From Centroscyllium fabricii (Eukaryota): DNA of 64,000 bases. The first letter of the stretch is position 1. The number at the start of each line of letters is the position of its first letter. This document shows positions 25,501 to 37,500 of this stretch, piece after piece. The translations under genes were made by a program, and so were the position numbers. The stretch spans positions 96,472,001 to 96,536,000 of the forward strand of contig JBNRSN020000010.1 of NCBI GenBank assembly GCA_051313645.2, in the 5' to 3' direction. Under the pieces are notes generated by a model. That model ran no database searches. It had not been told where the DNA came from and saw only the letters and a program-made list of their open reading frames with translations.

Positions 25501-28500
25501 TCAAATAAAAAGTATGGAAAAGACAATGACCCTTTCTGCCACCATGAATTTACGAAAGTAATGCTCCACCAAACTATTTCTTCTTTAGCTTTAAACCTTA
25601 TTGGTCATTAAACCAAGTCTTAAAAACTGTAGATTTGCAGAGATGTAATGGCCTAGGTTTTCTGATTAAAAGTTAAATGGTAACCCATTCATTTTGATAA
25701 ATTAGTGTCTATTACAATTGGAAAATCTAAACCAATGTTAAATTTTAATTAAATATTGATCGTTTTCAGCAGGTTTGCCCTGTCTTAACAAGACACGGTG
25801 GCATAGTGGTTAGCACTGTTGCCTTGCAGCACTAGAGACCCGGGTTCAAATCCAGCCTCTGGTACTATCTGTGTGGAGTTTGCACATTCTCCCCGTGTCT
25901 GCGTGGGTTTCCTCCGGGTACTCCGGTTTCCTCCCACAGTCCAAAGATGTGCGGGTTAGGTTGATTGGCCATGAGCAATTGACCCTTAGTGTTAGGGGGA
26001 TTGAATATGTGGGGTTACGGGGATAGGGTGGGATATGTGTTGGTGCAGGCTCGATAGGGATCGAGGGATATGGGGACAAGGCAGGGACGGGGTGCTGGGT
26101 TTGGATGATCAGCCATGATCTCATTGAATGGCGGAGCAGCCTCGAAGGGCCGAATGGCCTCCTCCTGCTCCTATCTTCTATGTTTCTATGTAAGACAAAA
26201 GTTTGCCTGGAACTTCTAAATCTCCCCTTGTTTCATTTCAGGCTCCCAGAGTAGAAGCTCAGATTCTATTGGGCTCTTTAGTCTGTTTCCCAAATTTATA
26301 TGACGACCTCCCTACATTACAGCCTTCTCTTGCTGACATTTTGTCAACAAAATGCGATGATGTTAAGGTAAGGTTTCTGGTGTAAGTGTTGGTAAATGTG
26401 TTTGATTGTCACCAAATTGTTCTTTTTCCTCCCAAAACACCCACTGAAGTAGTGCAATGTTTTTTCTCAATTCCATTATTTGTCTGGGTATATTCTATAT
26501 GTTCCTTTGGTCCATGCTTGACCAAATCAAAATGAATGACCCGGATTTTGCAGTACAAGTAACGGTGAGGCTATCGGCGCTCACCATTATTTTGGTGTAA
26601 ATCGGACAGCAACTTCCGGTGACCACACTTGCGCAGCTAAACATGGAAATCAGGAAGTTGCTGTCCGAGTTGCCCTGCTCCTCCAGAATTTCCCCGAGAG
26701 CCTCAACATTAAAACACATCGAAGGGTGTGAATTATGGTACTTGTGTGATAGCTACCCACCAAACTTGCCAGAAAAAGTTGTGGCTTGTCCATTCCAGTG
26801 TAAGTAAATTATTAATGACATGATAAATTTTAATTGATGCCAGACAACCTCTCTGGCACTGAAAGTTAACTTTTTACAAGTGTGAAGTCTCATTTCTCAA
26901 GATTTTAATTATTGTTGAAGATTTGAAAAAAAATTCATTAAAAAAATGTAATTGGCTCTTTTATCTCTCAATCCCATCTTTCTTTCCCCCCTCTTTATTT
27001 TGCTTTCTGCACATGATTTAGCATTGAATTAACTATTCCAACTTACACTTCCTGGTTCAGACTCTGCATGCCTCAGAAACAATTCTTCAATCTGATTGGT
27101 TAAGGAGATGCACAGATGACGACAGCAGTCTTTTGAGCCCAAAGTATCTTTGCAAACATATTCTCCTTCCAGGTTTTGCTGTTGTCCACAAATTAACTGG
27201 CACTAGTACCAAGCATGTGATTAAATAGTATAGATCTTCAACGAGCAATGCTGCAGTGTTGTTGCCACCCCCATCAACAGTTTTGTTTTGGCATCCTGTG
27301 GATCTGATATCGGTTGCAGTAAATAATACAAGCATGATGGAAAGCACCAGTTAATGAATCCTTGTATCAGTTGGGGTCTCTCAATTGCAAGAGCAAATTA
27401 TCAAAGGAAACTTTAAAAGTATGTACAGGTACACAACCCTTAATCCGAAAATCTCAGGACCGGGCGGGTATCGGTTTTCGGATAAATACCGTTTTTAGTG
27501 TTGGCCCCAGTGCGCATGCGCAGATCGCATGCGCATTTCCGTGTTTGCGGCCCAGCTCGCAGTCGGGGAACGGCATATTGGCCGTTTGCAGGAGGAGATC
27601 GGCCGTTTGCAGGAGGAGATCGGCCGTTTGCAGGAGGAGATCGGCCGTTTTTTTCCTCCACACGGCATCAACAGCATGAGATCGGGGTAGGAACGTGTTT
27701 TTTCTGCTGCAGCTTAAATCACTTTTTTCTTAAATAAATTGAAGAAAAACTTCGGTTTTTGGAGCTTTTCGGTTTTTGGAGTTGCGGATAAGGGATTGTG
27801 TACCTGTAGTACCAACTATCACTAGTTATTCCAAGCAAATGGCTGTATTTGTTTAATTTCTCCATATTGCAGTTGCAGTATCTTTCAAACACTAGTCTAT
27901 TCGGTCCTGGCAAAAATGCTTATGTGAAGCCAATGATTGCTTTCTTTCAAGAGGTTTATCCCACCTTCTCTGATAAAGAGAATGAAGAAAGGAGAGGGGA
28001 GATCTGCACCCTCGAAGTGTCATCCGTGGCTCAGTTGGTAGTTCCCTCGCCTTTGAGTCAGAAGGTTGTGGGTTTAAGTTCTACTCCAGAGGCTTGAGCA
28101 CATAAATCTAGGCTGAGGGAGTGCTACACTGTCGGAGGTGCTGTCTTTTGGATGACTTAAAAGACCCCATGGTACTATTTGGAAGAAGAGCAGGGGAGTT
28201 ATCCCTGGTGTTCGAGACAATATTTATCCCTCAACCAATGTCACAAAAGCAGATTATCTGGTCATTATCACATTGCTGTTTGTGGGATCTTGCTGTGTGC
28301 AAATTGGCTGCTGCGTTTCCTACGTTACAACAGTGACTGCACTTCAAAAGTACTTAATTGGCTGTAAAGCACTTTGTGACATCCCGAGGTTGTGAAAGGT
28401 ACTATATAAATGCAAATCTCTTTCTTTTCCCAGTATGTGCCCTGTCTTCACTCCCTCAAGCCCAAGGGACACAGGCATGAGTATATCCGGCACAACTATT

Positions 28501-31500
28501 TTAGCCATCCATCAGCAGATCTGGCTGTAGCATACCAAGTATTATTGGGTCTTGTTCCCTTCTGTAAAAACTGCTCACTACTCCAGGATCACCTTGGAGA
28601 GCAAAAATAACCCCAGCATTTTTATTCAACTACAAACTATCTTCTTAAATAGTCACCTCTCCACTTTCGCCTCCAATAAGTGCAAGGAGCTCATGGACTT
28701 CTTTGTAACTAAGATTGAGACCATCCAATCAGCTGCCTCTGCTGCTTTCCACTAAACCAAACATCTCTCAAAGCTCCTCCATTCTAGTCCTCAAAATGCA
28801 TCTTTCTCTAGTTTCTCTCCTCTCCCCTCAAGTTCTCTTCAAATTCATCTTGTCCATGAGATTCATCCCCTGGTCCCTTGACTCCATTCCATCGAAGCTA
28901 TTGACCATCCAACTTCCATTCCTGGCTCTCGTGCTAGCTGACATTTATAAATGGTTCCCTCTCCTTGGTTACTGTCCCCTTCCCTTTCAAAACCACCATC
29001 ATCACTCCCCACCCCCCCCCCCTTCGCCTCCCGCACCCCCCCCCCCCCCAAAAGAAAACTGCCCATGAATCTTCTAACTGAAAACTAGTTCCCAATCTCC
29101 CTTTCCTCTCTCAAGCCCTTGAATATATTGTTGCCTCCCAAATCAATGCCTGTCTTTCCTGCAACTCAATGTTTGAATCTCCAATCAGGTTTTCACCGCT
29201 GCTACAGCACTGAAATGGGCCCAATCAAAAGTCACAAATGGCATTCTCTGGCTGTGCCCATCATGCACTATCCGACCTCGTCCTTCTCAATTTCTCTGCA
29301 GCCTTTGACACAGTTAACCACACCATCCTCCTCCAACATCTCTCCATTGTTCAGCTGAGTGGAACTTCCCTTACTTGCTTCCACTCTTGCCTATCTGATC
29401 ATCCCTAGCAATGGCTTCTCTTCCCACCCCTCTGGAGCCCCTCAAACATTTATCCTTGGACCCTGTTCTCTTCCTCGTCTACATGCTGCCCCTTGGCAAC
29501 ATCATCTGAAGACATGAGGACAGCTTCCACATAATGACAACCAGCTCTCGCTCGACCACCTGTCTCGACTCCTGCACTGCCTCTGTATTGTCAGACATCC
29601 TGTCTTAGATGAGCTGCAATTTCCTCCAATTAAATGTTAGAAACCGAAGCGGTCAGCCATCACAAAAAAGTTTGTACTCTCACCACCAGATCCGTTGCTC
29701 TCCCTGGCCACCATCTGTTTCAGGGTGAACCAGATTGTTCACAACCTTGGTGTCCTGTTTGTCCCCAAGCAGAGCTTCTGATTCCACAAACTTTCCATCC
29801 ATCTCTGTAACATCGCCCGCATCCACCCCTGTTTTGGCACATCTGATGAAACCCTCATCCATGCCTTTGTTACCTTCAGGCCCGACTCTTCCATTGCTCG
29901 CCTAGTTGACCTCCCATCCTTCACCCTCTGTAAATTTCAGCTCCTCCAAAACTTTGGTTCCCATATCCTGTTCCACACTGAGTCCTGCTCAATCACCAAC
30001 GCTGCCCTCGCTGATGAAGGGTCATCGATCTGAAGCGTTAACTCTGCTTCTCTCTCCACAGATGCTGCCTGACCTGCTGAGTATTTCCAGCATTTTCTGT
30101 TTTTATCCCACACAATTGTGATGGGCTAAGCATAATGGTTAGCAACCCTGTACCCACCAGCAGCCATGTCATCTCCAGGGAGGGGCAATTAAAAAAAAAA
30201 AAAAAAAAAAAAAAAAGTCAATTTGGGAAACAAACTGCCCCAGCTCAGAACTTGTCCAACTGTCTCAGGTTAGCAGAGAGTCAGCACTCACTGTGCAAGC
30301 TAGCAATTTGTTTAAACAGTCTACTATCCTCTGTGAAAAGAAGAACTGCCTAATATGTAACCTAGCCCAACCCTTGCATAACTTATACAAATGACCCCTT
30401 GTCTTCTCCAGTATATAATATTGAAATAATCTAGTCCTTTAATTATTTTATATACTTCTATCAAATCACCTCCAACTCTGCATTTCTAAAGTTACTAGAC
30501 TTTTTAAGCCTCTCTGAGTAATATGAGGTTTTTATGCAGCGTATCATTCAGGTGGCCCTCTGAACGTTTTCCTTAGCCCCTCTTATCACCCACCATGTGA
30601 GGAAACCAAAACTGGATGCAGTATTAATGGGGTCCAACCAAGGTCTCGTACAAGGATAAAATGGTGTACTTCGTTTTATATTGAATAGTCCTATTAATAC
30701 AATTCAATACCCTATTTACTCTGGCTATGGCTTCTCAGCATTGGTCATCAGGTTTTAGTGAATTATGAACAATAACACCAAGATCCTTTTCTCTTTCAAT
30801 GGATTCCAGTTCTATTCCATGTCGAGTGTAAGTCTACTTGGTGTTGCTCCTGCCCAAATGCATAACACTATACTTATCTAGGTTAAATACCATTTGCCAG
30901 ATTTTTGTTTGTTCTCCTCCACAATCCTAACACACGCTCACATTTTCGTATATACCTCTTTGACCAAGCTTTTGGCCACCTGTCCTAATATCTCCAAGTG
31001 GCTCAGTGTCAAATTTTGTCTGATAACGCTCCTGTGAAGTGCCATGGGACATTTTACTACGTTAAAGCTGCTATATAAATGTAAGTAATTGTTGTATCAT
31101 CACCCAACACCTATATCCAGGTCATTTACGAAGAGTAAAAAGCAGCGGCCCTAATCAATCCCTGTGGGATACCACTGGTAAACGTCCTCCATGAAGATCC
31201 GCAACCATCAATACTAGTTTCTACCTACAAGAATATAGCCCATTCTTAATTCAAAGCAGAAACTTTGCACTGATTTCACTTCCCTGTTCTCTTTTAAGGC
31301 CCTCCTCGAAAGCCCTGTTTGACCAAGCTCTTGGTCACATGTCTTAATATTTCCTTTGGCTCTCTGTCACTTTTGTCTGATTATGCTTCTGGAGAGCATC
31401 GTGGGACATTTGCAACAACATAAACAAGAAGGTCTATTTACTCAGCTGGTACAAGTTGTTTCCAGAGTTGTCCTCTTCACTAATTTGTATATTCGGTGTC

Positions 31501-34500
31501 TCCAGTTAGTTGTATGTGTCCTTTGTTTTGTTGTCTGTTTTTGAAGTACTCTTGACTAATGCTGTTTCAGGCAGCTTCCCATCCTCCACCCTCCGTAAAC
31601 TTCAGCTCATCCAAAATTACGTCTGTATCCTATCCCTCACCAGGTCCCGCTCATCTCTGTCCTTGATGATCTACATTTGTTCCTGGCCCTCCATTGCCTT
31701 AAATTTAAAATTCCCAGTGGTCCAGATTTTGCTGGAGTGGGGTATCTCGAGGCATGCCCCATTAGTTAGACTTTTTCCCTTGCCCTTCAACTCAGATTTT
31801 TTGCCCTGCATGTTGCTGAAAGTGCAAGCTTCTAACTGAGCATCTGGGACCTTGATGAACGACAGGACCAACAGTCTATCTCCTTAACCAATAAGATTTA
31901 AGTATTGAGAAAGTAATGCAGTAATGATGAAGGAAATATGGTGAATTGGAGTCAAATCAGGTACAGAAAGAGAAATAGAGAGGGAAATATAGATTGGATT
32001 AAGAGAGAGAAAAAAGAGACAAAGGAATAGTAAGAATTTTTTAAATTTAAAACGTCTCTAGCAACAATTTCCTACCTGTAGGAATGAGACTCAGCTGTTT
32101 AAATTGTTCCCTTTCTGGACCGGAGAGGTTAAGTGGCATTGCAGGAACATAAAGATTCTCATTAAAAAAGTACTTGCGCTGTTAAGTCGCAGCCCTAACT
32201 TTCTGCAGCGAGTTTAATTAATGCACAAATGCAGCAATTTCATGTGGGTGGAGGGCGAGCTGCCATTTTTGCAAGACTTAAGGCACAAATCGTCCAGCTA
32301 CTTGTGGCAATTTTCATTTCACGGGGGGTATCTTCCTCGCCACAAGTTGCTGGACAATTTACGCATTCATAACAGCAAGTACCATTAAACTCTCCATTAT
32401 TTTGGTAACAAAATCTGAGCCATTGTATTTAAATCTCATGATGACATTTCCCCTCCCTAGCTCTAATTTCCTCCAATCCTACAACCTCCCCCCCCTCCCC
32501 CCCCCCCCACCTCCCCAAACTCTGTTTCTCTGACTCTGCCCCCCTTGTGCGGCCCCCTCCCTTTGCTCCACCTTCAGTCACCGAGGCCCCACACTCTGGA
32601 ATTCTCTCCCTAAACTCCTCCACTCCCCCCTCTTCCTTTAAAGACCCTTAAAACCTGCCTCTTTGATCAAGCTTTTGGCCGCCTCTCCTAATATCTCCTC
32701 CTTTGACTTGGCATCCATTTTTAAAATTGCATCTCTATAAAGCGTCTTGAGATATTTTTCTGCATTAAAGGCACTATATAAATGCAGGTTGTCTTGTAAT
32801 GCAGAACTGCCAGTGGGAAATTATAGGAGGTCCAACAATGTCATCTGTTGAATGTACATGAATTTTTTCTATATGGGGTATCATCTGCCTAAAGTAAGTG
32901 CACAAGGTCAGATTGTTGTGGTATCCACTAGCCTGGGAGACTGAGATTCACAACCAGTTCTACATTACAATACTGTAGCAATCTTTATTAATAGGTTTCA
33001 GTCTAATAATGGAAATCCATTTTTGGAATTAAAAAAACCATTTCCTAGTATGTGATGCATCTAAAATGCATGCATACCAAATGTCTGACATTTTGCAGTT
33101 CTGGAGCCTTTTACAGTCCCTGAGGATTTGAATTTATATCTAACCTGTTTCTGCAGGCCTGACCTGAACAATAAGAATATTGTAGCGCCGGCAGGCCTAG
33201 GAACCACACGTGAGCCAGAGCTAGAGAGAACACAGCTTTAATCAACTAGTACAAAACAAGAAAGAGAGTGAACCACTCGAGACAGGCATATTTCAACGGT
33301 CCCGCGGTTGGTGACGTCATCGCGTCGGCCGACATGACGTCGTCGCGTCACCCGGATGAGCGGAGCTTTGCTCCGCGGAGTCCCCGTGGCGGATTCGATG
33401 CCCCAGTGGGCGTGTCGCCACACAGCTCCCCCCAGAATCCGTCCGGGAGGAATAGTGACAGTGTCTATGTATGCCGTTGGGGTGGCCGGATGATGCGGCC
33501 GGACCGTGTTGCTTGTAGCCTCTGGTTCTGCGGTGGAGTGTGGGCGGGTTTTGTTGTGGGAGGGCGACCGCGTTGCGGTGGTTGTGCGGGGACCGTAGTC
33601 TCGCCCGCTATCACGTGTGCCGGCTTGAGCCGGTCTATTGTTACAGTGTCAGTCCTGTTACCCATTTGTAATTCGAAAGCTTTCGCTCCCGCCCGAAGCA
33701 CTCTGTAGGGGCCATCGTAAGGTGGCTGTAGTGGGGATCGGTGTCCGTCGCGCCGGACGAACACAAATTTAGCATTTTTAATGTTGTCTGGCACCCGAGC
33801 TGCCGGCTCTCCGTGCCGGGCCACTGGTAGTGGCTGGAAAGCTCGTGCCGGGTTAGCAAAATCTTTTAAATACTGGTCGGCTGACCAGGGAGCGTTGGGC
33901 TCAGCCAGGAACTCGCCCGGCACCGTTAAAGTTTGGCCGTAGACGAGCTCCGCTGCCGAGGCGTTGAGGTCTTCTTTGACTGCCGAGCGCAGCCCGAGGA
34001 GGACCCATGGAAGGCGGTCGGTCCACGATGCGTCTTTTAGCGTGGCCCGTAGTGATGCCTTCATCGAGCGGTGGAACCGTTCACATAAGCCGTTCGCCTG
34101 TGGGTTGTATGCGGTGGTTCGGTGTAGTGTCACCCCGAGGTCGCGGGCGATGGCCGCCCATAATGCCGACGTAAATTGGGGTCCTCTGTCGGAGGTGATG
34201 TCTGTGGGCACGCCGAATCGGGCGACCCAGGTGGCGATGAACACCCTGGCCAAGTCCGTAGTGCCGGTGGCGGTGAGGGGGACTGCTTCTGGCCAGCGAG
34301 TGTTGCGGTCGACCATGGTCATTAGGTGCGTGTGGCCCCGGGATGGCGGTAGTGGCCCGACGAGATCGATGTGGACATGGTCAAAACGCCTGGCCGGTAC
34401 TTTAAAATTTTCCAGCGGTGCCCTGATGTGCTTATGCACTTTGGAGCGCTGGCAGGCTATGCAGGAGCTGGCCCAGGCGCGGACGTCCTTGCGCAGGCCG

Positions 34501-37500
34501 CGCCATACGAATCGGGCCGATATTAACTTAATGGACGCGCGTGCGCCGGGGTGGGACAGGTCATGGAGGGTCCTAAATATATGTTGCCTCCAAGCGTGGG
34601 GCACGACTGGCCTGGGCTGCGGCAGGGATACGTCGCAGCAGACGACGGTGGCAGCGGGGCCGTGCGCGATATTGGCCAAGTGGAGGCCGGGGAGATTAGT
34701 TGCTGCGTTGAGTAGGTCGGGGTCGGCCAGCTGGTCAGCGGCCAGCTGGGCGTAATCGACCGCCATTTGGGCGGCGTTAATGGTGGGGCGTGAGAGGCAG
34801 TCAGCGACCACGTTGTCGCGGCCGGAAATGTGCTGGATGTCGGTTGTAAATTCCGACACAGCCGCGAGTTGGCGCTGCTGCCTGGCCGACCAGGGTACAG
34901 CGACCTTAGCCATTGCGAACGTGAGTGGCTTGTGGTCGCTGAAGGCTGTAAAGTGGCGGCCCTCCAAGAGGAAACGAAAATGTCGCACCGCCAGTTGGAG
35001 AGCGAGTAGCTCCCTATCAAAGGCGCTGTATTTAACCTCTGGGGGCCGGAGTTGCCGGCTGAAAAAGGCCAGGGGCTGCCACGAGTTGCCGGTCCACTGC
35101 TCAAATACGGCCCCGACCGCGTGGTCGGAGGCGTCGGTGGTGAGGGCTACTCTGGCGTTGGGCCTAGGGTGGGCTAGGAGGGTGGCGTTTGCCAGGGCGG
35201 TTTTAGTTGCGGTAAAGGCGGCGTCGGCCGTCCACTCGACCGCAGCCTTATTGGACTGCCCGCGGGTGGCCTGGTATAAGGGGGCCATGAGAGCGGCTGC
35301 TCCCGGGATAAAGCGGTTATAAAAATTAACCATCCGCAAAAATTCCTGCAGCCCTTTAATGGAGTGCGGGCGGGGGAATTCTTGTACCGCCTGCACCTTA
35401 GAGGGCAGGGGTATGGCCCCTGTTTGGGAAATGCGGTGGCCGAGGAAATCAATGGTCTCGAGGCCGAATTTGCATTTGGTGGGGCTTAAGATAAGGCCGT
35501 GTTCGGTAAGGCGTTGGAACAGGGTCCTGAGGTGCAGGAGGTGTTCCTGGGGTGAGGTGCTGGCCACGAGGATGTCGTCTAAGTAGACGAAGATGAACTT
35601 TAAGTCCCGTAGGACCGAGTCCAGGAGGCGCTGAAAGGCCTGGGCCGCGTTTTTAAGGCCGAAGGGCATCCTAAGGAACTCGAAGAGTCCGAAGGGGGTA
35701 ATTACGGCCGTTTTAGGAATGTCCGCCGGGTGCACCGGAACCTGGTGGTAGCCACGCACCAGGTCGATCTTCGAAAAGATCGTACAACCCGCTAATCTGG
35801 CGGAAAAATCCTGGATGTGGGGTACGGGGTACCTATCCGGGGTGGTGGCATTGTTAAGGCGGCGGTAGTCGCCGCAGGGGCGCCAGCCTCCGTCGGGCTT
35901 GGGGGCTATATGGAGCGGAGAGGACCAGGGGCTGCTGGAGCGGCGGATTATACCGAGTTGCTCCATGGTGCGGAACTCGGTGCGCGCGATCTCCTGTTTG
36001 GCCGGGTCGAGCCTACGGGCGTGGGCATGGACGGGTGGGCCTGTGGTAGTTATAAAATGTTCCACCCCGTGTTTGGCCTTGCGGGCGGTGAACGTGGGGT
36101 TGGTTAGGGCGGGGAACTCTGCCAGGAGCGTGCCGTAGGCATCGGAGTCCCTGGAGCGGCATTGGGCTGCCGCGTGGGCCAGGAGTGCGGGCCCTGTGGA
36201 GCATGGGATGGTCGTCATGGTATTTATATTTACCAAGCGGCGCCGAGTTACATTGACCAGTAGGCCGTAGGCGCAGAGGAAGTCTGCCCCGAGGAGGGGT
36301 GAGGTGACCTGGGCCGTTACAAAATCCCAGGTGTACGCGTGGCTTGCAAGGGTTATAGTTAGCTTGCGGGTGCCGTACGTTTTTATATTAGAGCCGTTGG
36401 CTGCCGCTAGTGGCGGGCCCCGGGTACCTCGTTTGGTTTCTGCAGGGGAGGCTGGCACGATGCTGTGCTGCGCGCCTGTGTCGCAGAGGAACCTGAGGCC
36501 GGTACCGCTGTCTGTGGCGAAGAGCAGTGCTCCTGTGTGGCCTACAGACATGGTGGGGGCTGAGTTGGGCCGTGGCTTGAACGCGCATGGCTGGACGCAG
36601 CGGTCGGTGCGCTTTGTGTTCGAACCGCGTGTGGTAGTAGCACCAGCCGGTGCTAGAGGGACGCGGTTGTCTGGGCGGGCGCGGGGCCCTAGGTTCAGGC
36701 GTAAAGTTGTGCCTGGGGGGTGATTGGCTGCGCGCTACCGATGCGGAGTTAGGTTCGCACGTGGTAGAGCGGGTGCGCTGCGCCTCCATGAGCCTGTCGG
36801 CCTCCTCTCCGAGCTCGTCATCGCTCCGGTGGCCAAGGGCCGCCAAGGCCGGTCTGATGGCGCGGGGCAGTTTGAGGAGGAAGACGGTGCGGAAGAGGGA
36901 GGCCAAGTTGGGTGTGAGCGCTTGCATCTGACCTAAGAGGTCCGATGGGTCTGCGTCCCCGAGTTCGGGGAGGTCGAGGAGCTGGCAGTCGCGCTCGAAT
37001 TGGGAGGGGGTAAATTTTTTGCTAAGCGCGGCCTTAAGCGTTTCATACCTGCCTGCGACGGGCACGCGCTGTATTTTTGACCACATCCGATCAATCGTCG
37101 TCTGTGGTAGGGCTGAGAACACCAGGTCGTAGCGGTCGTCCCCTTGAATGCCATGTGTGCGGCAGCTGGCCTCAATACAGATGAACCAGGCCGTTGCTCC
37201 CAGAACTCGGGTAGGGTAAGTCCACGTTCTGTCCAGCTCCCTGCGTTCGTGGAGCTTGGTTTCTTGGGTTTACCATGTTCTCTGATAACAGTCTTTGGCT
37301 GGTGGTCCCAGATCCGGCGGCAGCTTTTCTTCTCTGGAAGTCGTTCCAGTTCGGGGTCACCACTGTAGCGCCGGCAGGCCTAGGAACCACACGTGAGCCA
37401 GAGCTAGAGAGAACACAGCTTTAATCAACTAGTACAAAACAAGAAAGAGAGTGAACCACTCGAGACAGGCATATTTCAACGGTCCCGCGGTTGGTGACGT

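Noticed and set aside
25795-25870. tRNA gene
   Set aside because: The A and B boxes belong to the tRNA-derived head of an HE1 SINE, continuous with the V-core.
33964-35322. 263-aa and 180-aa ORFs antisense to Gypsy pol
   Set aside because: Expected shadow ORFs of a GC-rich coding strand; no recognisable domain.
36388-36620. Programmed ribosomal frameshift between gag and pol
   Set aside because: No slippery heptamer at the site; a 4-bp duplication explains the offset, and removing it restores the CHCC motif.
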